From Pseudomonas aeruginosa (GTDB lineage: Bacteria; Pseudomonadota; Gammaproteobacteria; Pseudomonadales; Pseudomonadaceae), in NCBI RefSeq assembly GCF_001457615.1, contig NZ_LN831024.1, positions 4,770,001-4,802,000 of the forward strand: DNA of 32,000 nt. Direction: 5' to 3'. The notes under the pieces are model-generated. The model had not been told where the DNA came from and did no database searches. It saw nothing but the letters and a program-made list of their open reading frames with translations. Made by a program: the position numbers and the translations under genes. The number at the start of each line of letters is the position of its first letter. Position 1 is the stretch's first letter. Below are positions 16,509 through 25,200 of the stretch, piece after piece.

Positions 16509-18143
16509 TCAGAAGCTCGCCTGCACGCTGAAATGCAGGCGCGAGTCGTGTTTGTCGGTGTTCGTCCCTTCCAGCAGCGGGAAGGCCCAGTCGAGGCTGC
16601 CGGACAGCCAGTCGGCGAGTTGCGCGCGGGTGCCGATGCCGACGCTGGCCAGGCTGAAGTCGTCGTCCTGCTCGGGCAGCGCATCCTGCAGGCGCAGTTG
16701 CGCGCCCTCGGCGAACACGTAGAAGCGCCAGTCGTTGACGTAGCCGCCGGCGCGCTTGCCGAGGAAGCGTCCGAGGGACGGCGTACGCCATTCCTGGGAG
16801 AGCAGGTAGCCGTCGTCGGCGGTGTTCTCCGCCGCCAGGTAGCCACGCACGCTGGTGGCACCGCCGGCGGCGAACTGTTCGTTGGAAATCAGCGGCCCGG
16901 AGGCGAGTTGGAAGGCCGCCTTGGTCGCCACCTGCCAGTCGCCGCCGAAGGTCAGGGTGTGGTTGAGATCGCCCTTGAGCACGCCGAAGCCGGACTTGGC
17001 GCGATAACGCTTGCGGTCGAATTCCTCGTCGTCGTCGCCGTAGCCGAGGAGACTGCCGGTACCGGCCACCAGGCTCAGGCCAAGGGCCAACTGGGAACGT
17101 TCGGTGTAGCGGAAACCGTTGTAGCCGAGGGTCAGCGGGGCGTACTTGATCGGCACCCTGTCGTTGTTGCCGCCGATCCGGGTCTGTTCCTCGAAGTCCT
17201 TGAAGTCGACGCCGAAGGAGAACGAGTGCGACCAGAGGCCGGTGACCGGCAGGCTGTAGATCGCCGCCACGCCGTAGGAGTGGCCCTGGCCGACCACATT
17301 CATGCTGCCCACCGTGGCCACGTCGCTGTCGGACTGGTAGCCGGACAACTGCACGCTCCAGCGCTGGCTCAGCGGCGCGGTATAGGAGCCGGACCAGACC
17401 TTGGCGTTGTCCTGGTCCTGCGGCGCGGTGAAATAGGTCAGCGAGATGGCGTGGCCGAGTTGCCAGAGGTTGTCGTAGCCCAGCGAAACCACCGAGCGCA
17501 AGTGACGGGTGTCGGCGCTGTAGTCGTTGTTCAGGCCGATGCTGGCGTGCCAGGGATTCTTGTCTTCCACCTGCAGGTCGACGTCCATGGTGCCGGGCCG
17601 CTGGCCCTCGCGCACCATCGGCAGCACCTGGCGGCCGGGGGTGCGGTTGACCTGCGCCAGCTCGCGCTGGACCTGGGCGAAGTCGGGCACCTTGCCCTCC
17701 TCCAGGGCCGGCACTTCCTCGCGCAACTCCACCGGCGAATAGTGCTTGGCGCCGACCACCCGGACGCGACCGACAGTGGTCTCGGTGACCTGCAGGTAGA
17801 CCACCCCGCCGCTCACCTGCTGCTCCGGCAGCTCGACGTAGACCGACTGGTAGCCCTTCTCCTGGTAGGCGGCCTGCAGCGCATCGCGCGCCCCCTCGAT
17901 GTCGCCCAGGCTGCGCTGCGGTCCGAGGAAGGGATACACCGCCGCCTCGATGGCGCGGTTGTCCAGCACGGTGTTGCCGCGTACCACGTACTCGTTGATG
18001 TCCACCAGACGCTGGGTCTCGGCTCCCGCCGCGGCGGGAGGGGCCTCGTCGGCCAGCGAAGCGCACGACAATGCGACAGCCAGGCAACCGATCGACCAGC
18101 GCTGGCGAAACGGGTGCGCACAATTGAACAGCGAACGCTTCAC
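16509..18143 (-). CDS. pdtB: Two-partner secretion TpsB outer-membrane transporter PdtB
   Basis: GTG start at 18143 gives 544 aa with signal sequence VKRSLFNCAHPFRQRWSIGCLAVALSCASLA. POTRA (INEYVVRGNTVLDNRAIEAAVYPFLGPQRSLGDIEGARDALQAAYQEKGYQSVYVELP) and a FhaC/HMW1B-type barrel ending ...SRLHFSVQASF. The open frame extends to 18224. Confidence 0.92.
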   Translation of the reverse strand: MKRSLFNCAHPFRQRWSIGCLAVALSCASLADEAPPAAAGAETQRLVDINEYVVRGNTVLDNRAIEAAVYPFLGPQRSLGDIEGARDALQAAYQEKGYQSVYVELPEQQVSGGVVYLQVTETTVGRVRVVGAKHYSPVELREEVPALEEGKVPDFAQVQRELAQVNRTPGRQVLPMVREGQRPGTMDVDLQVEDKNPWHASIGLNNDYSADTRHLRSVVSLGYDNLWQLGHAISLTYFTAPQDQDNAKVWSGSYTAPLSQRWSVQLSGYQSDSDVATVGSMNVVGQGHSYGVAAIYSLPVTGLWSHSFSFGVDFKDFEEQTRIGGNNDRVPIKYAPLTLGYNGFRYTERSQLALGLSLVAGTGSLLGYGDDDEEFDRKRYRAKSGFGVLKGDLNHTLTFGGDWQVATKAAFQLASGPLISNEQFAAGGATSVRGYLAAENTADDGYLLSQEWRTPSLGRFLGKRAGGYVNDWRFYVFAEGAQLRLQDALPEQDDDFSLASVGIGTRAQLADWLSGSLDWAFPLLEGTNTDKHDSRLHFSVQASF

Positions 18144-18306
18144 ACGGTCCCCCGAAGTTCCATCGGGACTTATTGTTCTAATGCAACAAGTCCGTTCATC
18201 GAACAGTTCTGTGAAAGACAACAAACTAGCGGCGACGCATGAACAACCTGTTAAAAACGGCGCCCGCCCTTATGAAATCTCGTTCTTTTCTATTTTCACT
18301 TTCGTG

Positions 18307-18909
18307 CTAGATATTCAGCCGTCGCGCTCCGCCATGGCGCGCTTGCCATGTATGCAACAAGGCGAAGTTCAGGGAGAACTCCGGCATCTGCATGAGATCC
18401 CCGGAAATCACTTCCCCGATAATCCTGCCTATTATCCTTACCGCCTCCGCGCTGTTCAGCAGGACGGTTATATCGCTGACGAAAACCGGAAAATTCCAGA
18501 TCTTCTGCTTCATTTCCAGGCCGACGAACCAGCGATACAGCAGGTTGTAGTTCAATTGCTCATACAACTGCTGCTCGCTGGGAATCGCGTACAGCAGTTG
18601 CAGCAGCAGCGCGTGGATCAGCGGCTCCGGGGCCAACTGCATGCCATGTTCGCGGGCAAGCGCCGAGAGGACTTTCGCCTCTTCGACAAGGAGACTTTCT
18701 ATTTGCGGTTTCAGCAACGCCAGGGAATGTCCCGGCGGTATATAGCTGGACACTTCCTTGAGCGCACCCTGCCAATCTTCCTGGGACACTATCCAGACCC
18801 ATGGCGCCCCATATCGATAAACCGATACCGGTTTCTTGCGTGCGGCTTCGACGATCTTCGATAGGCGCTGGTCAAGTTCCTGCATACCGACTTTCGAGTA
18901 ACTTTCCAT
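18307..18909 (-). CDS. phdA: Prevent-host-death (PhdYeFM)-like protein PhdA fused to an IS5-type transposase N-terminal-like region
   Basis: 200 aa from ATG 18909. N-terminus MESYSKVGMQELDQRLSKIVEAARKKPVSVYRYGAPWVWIVSQEDW is PhdYeFM-like. aa ~57-170 resemble IS5/DUF772 (VP..H.L...; LHALLLQ.LYSI.SERQL.EQL.YNLL.RWFVGL.). The locus corresponds to phdA. Confidence 0.8.
   Translation of the reverse strand: MESYSKVGMQELDQRLSKIVEAARKKPVSVYRYGAPWVWIVSQEDWQGALKEVSSYIPPGHSLALLKPQIESLLVEEAKVLSALAREHGMQLAPEPLIHALLLQLLYAIPSEQQLYEQLNYNLLYRWFVGLEMKQKIWNFPVFVSDITVLLNSAEAVRIIGRIIGEVISGDLMQMPEFSLNFALLHTWQARHGGARRLNI
18400..18741 (-). other. Domesticated IS5-type transposase N-terminal (DUF772-like) segment within phdA
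   Basis: IPPGHSLALLKPQIESLLVEEAKVLSALAREHGMQLAPEPLIHALLLQLLYAIPSEQQLYEQLNYNLLYRWFVGLEMKQKIWNFPVFVSDITVLLNSAEAVRIIGRIIGEVI follows the IS5-family pattern through the 'YNLLFRWFVGL...W..S.FSKNR..LL' stretch. Confidence 0.7.
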
Positions 18910-19016
18910 CAATACTCACCGTCCTTCGCCGTATTCACCGGAGTGACCACGGCCGTTAGCGGATACTGTTCTCTTGTTTCAGAGCGGAACGCGTCTTTCT
19001 CGAACGACACGCTCAT
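18909..19016 (-). CDS. Candidate small ORF upstream of and overlapping phdA
   Basis: ATG 19016 to TGA 18909-18911 encodes MSVSFEKDAFRSETREQYPLTAVVTPVNTAKDGEY (35 aa). The stop overlaps the phdA ATG by 1 nt (TGATG). No strong Shine-Dalgarno sequence was identified. Confidence 0.3.
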   Translation of the reverse strand: MSVSFEKDAFRSETREQYPLTAVVTPVNTAKDGEY

Positions 19017-19116
19017 TTCCAGCAACCGGTCAGCGCAACCGGGAAATGGCCGATTCCTTTCGTTCCCGTCCCTGCCTTTCACCGCTGAATTCCGTTTTCC
19101 TCATTCACACCTGTTT

Positions 19117-19164
19117 GACGGCAACCCCGCCGCACCACCGAACTTTTGTCATGAAAACTTCATG
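19117..19164 (-). promoter_or_regulatory. Composite Pho-box-like + ECF (VreI-type) promoter upstream of phdA
   Basis: Minus strand CATGAAGTTTTCATGACAAAAGTTCGG-N16-CCGTC-AAACAG. The plus-strand view TTGTCAT-GAAA-ACTTCAT resembles a Pho box. Near-identical layout to the element at 31904-31951. Confidence 0.6.
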
Positions 19165-19241
19165 CGGCCGGCCATTCGCGCGCCACCGGCGGGGACGAAC
19201 GGGCATTCACCCGAGAATCGACCAGCGCCTCGGAAGTTCGC

Positions 19242-19269
19242 AAAAAAAGGGCCCTCCGTGGGGAGGGCC
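19242..19269 (-). terminator. Rho-independent terminator after pdtA
   Basis: Minus strand GGCCCTCC-CCAC-GGAGGGCC-C-TTTTTTT: 8-bp perfect GC-rich stem, 4-nt loop, T7 tract; 31 nt past the pdtA stop. Confidence 0.92.
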
Positions 19270-19299
19270 TGGCGGGTATCGTGCCTCCGCGGCGGTGCC

Positions 19300-22200
19300 T
19301 TACAGGATCAGGTTGCCGCGCTCTTCATCGGTCAATTGGCTGCGCGCCTGTTCGCCGAGGGCTCCGGCGCCGAGCACCTGCACGGCGCTGTCCGGGTTGT
19401 AGCCCGGCGAACGACTGGCGCCGTCGCGCGAAGGCTCCAGGCGCTCGTTGCCGAACCCGAGCACCTGCACCGTGATCACCGACGGCATGCGCTGCCGCGC
19501 GGCGGCCTGCTGCTGGCGACTGACGTCCTCCGCCGCCTGGGTCGCGGAACTCGCCGCGGCGCTGGCGGAGGTCAACGCCCCGGTATTCACCGAAGCCACC
19601 AGCGGAATGCCGCTGGACTGGCCCTGGGTCTGGATGTTCGCCGCGTTGACCACCTGCAGCGCCGCCACGTTGACGTTGCCGGAAACCCGGATGCCCGCCT
19701 CGCCGGCATCGATGGTGCCGAGCGGGGCGATCAGGTCGATGTCGCCCGGTGCCACTTCGGGAATCGGGTTGAGGGTGGCGATACCGGCGCCGGTGCTGGG
19801 CACCTGTGGCGACAGGCTGACGTTGCCCCAGGCGTCGTAGATGCGCCGCGGCGGGGTGTACACCACGGTGGTCTGGGAACCGCGACCGGCGTTGATGTCG
19901 CCTTCCGCCGACCAGGCCAATATGCTGCCGCCGAAGGTGGTCATGATGCGGCTCTGGCCGAGCAGGATGCTGTCCCGCGAATAGGCCTGGATATTGCCCT
20001 GGCCCTGGGTGACGATGCCTGCGGTGGACGGCGGCGCCTCGCCCTCGATACCGAACACCTGGCGCCCGCCGGGGCTGAGCAACTGGATGTCGCCGCCGAA
20101 GTCGGTGTGCACGCCGGCACCGCCATACATGACGATATCGCCTTCGTAGCTGATCGGATTGCCCGCCGGATCGCGCTCGGGGAACAGCGCGGCGATCGCG
20201 TTGCGCCCGCGCAGGTAGCTACTCTGGCGTACCCCGCCGACTTCGTTGTACTCGCGGCCGCCGGCCCTGAGTTCGGCGAAGTACACCTGGCGGGCGAAGA
20301 TCCGCTGCTGCTCGGCGGGCAGGCCGGCGAAGAACGCCTGGGCCTGTTCCGCGTCGCCGGCGAAGCCGAAGCGCTCGTTCAACCACTTGGCCAACTCGCT
20401 TTCGTAGGTCCTGACCACCTTGCCCGGCTGCTCGGCCAACGGGGTGCCGCCCTGCGCCAGGTTGGCCGGATCCAGGTAGCGCTCGAGGAAGGCCCGATAG
20501 TCGGCCCCCGCCGCGCCGGCCTGGAGCACGATATCGGCACCCGGCCGGCTGTCGCCCGGCACCACCGCGCCGAGACTGGTGATCGCCGCGCGATCCTCCA
20601 TGAGAATGTTGCGCCCGGCGCTGATCTCCAGGGTACCGGGGCCGGCGACGTTGAAGTTGCCGTAGAGGATGTCGCGGCCGGCCTGGGCCAGCGAGAGGTC
20701 GTTGGGGTCGTCGTGGACGAAGAGGTTGCCGGTGAACGAGGCATCCGTACTGATCTGACTGGGAGCGCTGATACGCTGTCCCAATGGGGTTCCGGAGGCT
20801 ACGATGTCGCGCCCGGCGCGCATCCAGACGGGACCCGCACCTTCATACCAGGTTTGCCCGGCGCGGTTCCCCGCCTGCTCGCCGAAACGAATCTGCGCAC
20901 CGCTATTGAGCCCGACGATATCTCCTGTCAACGCATAGAAACGCGCCGGTTGCAGATCGCGCGCCAAGCTCGCAGCGCTATCGGGGCCGAAGTAGAACAG
21001 AGGCAATCCGCCAATGACGGCCGGATTCCCGTCCGGACTGCCGTTGCCGGCTATCGGGTTGAGCAGCGCGGCATCGGAGTAGCCGGCAAATGCCGGCGTC
21101 CAGATCGATGGCAGGTTCGCAGGATCGGCACCTGAGCGTTGCACCGAATAGCCACCGGCATAAATGGAGTCTCCAGCCAGCAACTCCAGTTCACCGTTGA
21201 GCGACGGTGCCAGTAACAAGGAGTAGGGAGTGGTCGAGACATTCAGGCTCACGCCTCCCATGTAACCGCTGGAAGGACCGAGATAGATACTTCCTTCCGG
21301 GGCCGCCGCACGTACTATCGATGGATAGATGAATCGCCCATCGCTAGGCGACAGGTTTCGGCCTGCCATGGGAATAGCGTTGGTTGCCTCGACCAATTGG
21401 GTGCTGGGCGTCAGGTTGCCGCCCGCCGCAAACAGATCGATCGAGGTGTGTGCAGTCCAGAGACTGAACCAAGCGATCCCGCCCCCTTGGTAGACGCTGC
21501 CATCGGGAGCCGTGAAGCCAACGGTATTCGGCACCCCCACCCTACCGGGGTCAGTCACCCCACCCAGGACCAGGTCGCCACGGGTTTCCAGACGCATGCC
21601 AGTATCTCCGGCCACCAGGGTGAGGCCACCCGTGGAGCTAGCCAGCGTCGGGCTGAACGCATCCCTGCTGCGCACTTCGGCGGGGTCCCGCAGTAGAGTG
21701 TCGTAGCGAGGATCGATGCCTCCCAGCGCACCACTGTACAAGCTCGCGGAACCGCGCAGATTGATGAGGGCCCCCTGCAGATCGTGAATGGTGCCGCCGC
21801 TGTAAAGACCGTCAAACCCCGAACTCGAGTAGGTCTGGGTAGCCCGCGCCTCCCGGCTCGGGTTCACCTCCCCGCCAATTCTCACATTCAGGTCACCGCC
21901 GCCGCCAAGTTGCAGCGCGCCGTCGGAGGTGAGCCGGCCAGTGCCGGCAACCGCCAAGACCAGTCCCTGGCTGCGCGGATTAAGGTTACCGGATGAAGGT
22001 ATCGAACCATCTCCGCGTGGCGCGATATTGCCGGCATCACCTCCGGTTCGCATGCTGAGATTGCCGCCTCCCAGAGTGCCGAAACCGGTGAAGCCGACCA
22101 GATAGGGAGCATCTCCCTCCGCGCCACGCACATAGCTGCCGAAATTGACCCACCAGGCCGTCGGCACTCCTTCCCTGTCGGCGCTGCCCTGGCGCCAGAG

Positions 22201-25200
22201 CCAGTTGCCGACTGCAGCGCTGGGGGGCAAGGGGCGAATGGGATCGCTACTTGTCAGTTTCTCGGCCCATTGATCACCAACCACATCACCGCCAACGGCG
22301 ATATCGAGGTTGCCGCCATGTTCCGGATACCAGGCCTGGTACTGGCTGGTTGAGAGCACTTCGTAATCCGCGCCACCGGCGCCCAGTACCGACCCATTGA
22401 ACAGACCGCGAGGCTGATTGAATCCCGTCGCGACATCGGCGGCCTGCGTTCCGGCGGTATAGACGCCGTACGGCGACCATTGCGTAAGGTTACCGGCACT
22501 GGCCAGGTCAAGATCGCCAGTGCCGGTGCGCAGCACACTGAACAACTGGTTCTGCGGTGTGACCACGGTTTTGCCGAGATTCTCGATACACAGGGACGGA
22601 TCGACACTGCACCACCACAGATCGCCCTCGCCGATCGCCGTACCAGCAGGCATGCCCAGGTAATTGCCGGGCGCCCAGGTCCAGCGGGGAGGCTCGGCAC
22701 AATACGGCCCCAGCCCGCAGATCCATTCATTGCTCTCGTCGACCGGAGTTCCCGGGGTGATCCCCCAGTCGGTAGCCTGATCGGTGAACACCAGCCCTCC
22801 CGAGCTCTGTTCGATCTTCGCCTGATAGTGCGTATCGGCCAGGTTCAGGCTGGCCGAGGAGTCCGGACGCACCAGACGGTTGTCGGCAGCCGCGAGATCG
22901 GCACCGGCGACCAGGCGCATGGACCAGGACTGGCTACCGGCCGGCAGCATCTCGGCCAATGCCCAGTTGCGTCCCTGGCGGACACCGTCGCTGGGCCGCA
23001 ACTCGATGAAAGGCGCATCGCCAGCCAGTACCACCTCGGTCTGCGAAGGGATCAGAGAACCACGTGCCAAGGCCAGCTCTCCATTGAGCAGCAGGACATT
23101 GGGTCTGCTGGGCCCCTCGCGCAGGATGCTCGGCAAGGGCACGCCCGCAGGCCAGGTCATCGCCTGCACGCTGGCCGGTGCCGCCAGCAGGGTACCGGCA
23201 CCCAGCCGGCTGCCGACCTCCAGCGTCACCCCGTCGCGCAGCAGGCTGCCCGCGGCGTACAGCAGGTTGCCGGCGGCATCGTGGATGTCCGCTACCAGCA
23301 CGCTGCCGGCGGCCAGGGTATAGGGCTGTTCGAGTACTGCCTCGGTGGCCAGACGGGTGCCGGCGGCCAGGGTGGTGCCCTTGATCGGCAGGTCGTAGTT
23401 GAGGGTGCGGCCGCCGAGGAACGCGGTACCGTCGCCGAGCACCACGCCCGGGCCGGGAACCACCAGGTCGCCGCCGAACGGCTGCACCCCCGGGGTGAGG
23501 ATCCAGCCCTTGTCGTCCGGCGAGTCCGGCGGCGGCGCGAAGCCGTCGTTGATACTGCCGTAGAGGTTCAGGTCACCGCCGGCGCGCAGCACCAGCGCGC
23601 CGACCTCGCCGGAACCGTAGACCTCGGTCAGCGGCGTGTTCGGATTGAGGCTGGCGTAGCGGTAGCCGGACAGATCGAGATCGCCCTGCACCACCAGGTC
23701 GCCGTCCGCCGTTGCGCTGACGATCTCCACCCCTGGACGCAGGTGGAAAGCATCCGCGTAGGTGGCATTGGTCAGTCCGGCCAGCTTGCCGTCGAGCAAC
23801 TCGCGGTTGGCCAGCGCCGCGGCGATGAACGCGCTGCTCTCGGCATGCCGCGCATCGAGGTAAGCCTGGTCGATCACCTGGTAGGGCCGCCCGCCGGCCG
23901 CCGGATCGTTGCCCCAGGGCGCATCGTCGTAACGCTGCACCGCGTTCAGGGCGATGCTGCCGGCGCCGCGGATGTCCAGCGCGCCGCTGGCATCGATGGC
24001 GATGTCGCCGGCGCTGACCCCGCCCAGGCGTGGCGCGTTCAACTCCAACGTGCCACGGGCGACGCCATCAACCTGTTCCGCTGGCGCCGCGGTGCCATGG
24101 CGCAGGTCGATGCGCGCGCCGCTGGCCAGGACCAAGGTGCCGCTGCCGGAACTCAGCTCGACCATCGCCCGGTTCGGGCTGTCGATGATCTGCCCGTAGC
24201 TGTCGCGCCGCAGCAGGCTCCCATGCGCATCCAGCAGCGCGTTGCCGCCCAGGCTCAGGCCGCGGCCACCGGCCAGGCGGATCTCGCCGACCTGCGCGCC
24301 GCTGGCGTCCACCGTTCCGCTCACGCCGAGCTGGCCATTGTCGAGGGACACCTCGATGCGATGCGCCTTCAGGCCGTCGCCGATCTGCAGGTCGCCTTGC
24401 TTGAGCTGGAAGCGCCGCGCGCCGAAGACCTCGCCCTGGTTCAGGCGCTGGTTCAAGGCGGTGAACTGCTCGCTCAGGCTGCCGCCATCGCCCAGGCGCT
24501 GGGCGCGGATCTCCAGCTCGCCACCGAGGAACGGCACGCGGGTGCCGCCGGCATCGTAGTCGCCGCTGGCGCCACCCAGTATGCGGCCCTGCAGGTCCAC
24601 CACCCCGGCGTCCTCGGCCAACGCCACGGCGCTCAGGGTACCGCCGCGGTTGTTGCGCGCCGACAGGTCGATCAGCGAACCGGCGGCCTGGCGGATGTCG
24701 CCGGCGCGACTGCTCAGCAGCAGGTCGCCACCCCAGCTGTATTTATCCACATCGTTGAAGCTGGCCTTGCGTCCGGCCAGGTCGATGCGCGCGCCATCGC
24801 CCAGCTCCAGGTCGTCTTCGGCGCTCAGGCTCAGCTTGCCGCTGGGTAGCGAGACCGCGCTATCCAGGCGGATCTCGCGGGCGCTGAGGGACAACTCGGC
24901 ACCAAGCCCGGCGGTGCCGCTGTCGAAGGTCACCGCGGCAGCGCCCGCCGGCGCCGCCAGGCTGAGGCTACCGCCGCTGCTGATCCGACTCAGCGAGCCG
25001 GCCTCGCCGGTCAGCAACGGCGTGCTCAGGCGCAGGTCGCCGCCACTGTAGCGCAGGCCTTCGCCGGCGACGTAGCCGTCCAGGCGCTGGTAGACCCGCA
25101 AGCTGCCCTTGTGGTTGGCGCTGATCCGCTCGCTGGCGTTCAGTTGCACCTCGGCGAAGCCCAGTGCCAGGCGTGCCTCGTCGGTCTCGCCGGCCGGCTG

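Noticed and set aside
18156-18174. Short dyad CCCGAAGTTCCATCGGG in the pdtB upstream region as a terminator or operator
   Set aside because: Only a 5-bp stem with a 7-nt loop and no T tract on either strand, so it is indistinguishable from chance in this GC-rich sequence.
18144-18306. A third copy of the composite Pho-box/ECF promoter upstream of pdtB
   Set aside because: The AT-rich phdA-pdtB gap was scanned by eye. No CATGAANTTTNCATGACAA...CCGTC arrangement with the conserved spacing was found.
18307-18909. A full toxin-antitoxin module or intact insertion sequence around phdA
   Set aside because: No toxin-like partner gene, transposase catalytic domain, terminal inverted repeats or target-site duplication was seen nearby. 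Only isolated domain resemblance is supported.
22480-24849. 789-aa open frame on the plus strand antisense to pdtA (and similar long plus-strand ORFs at 25852-27510, 28846-30042)
   Set aside because: High GC creates long open antisense frames. The translations are low-complexity Ala/Gly/Gln/Val-rich with no recognisable domains, whereas the opposite strand carries a coherent TpsA protein.
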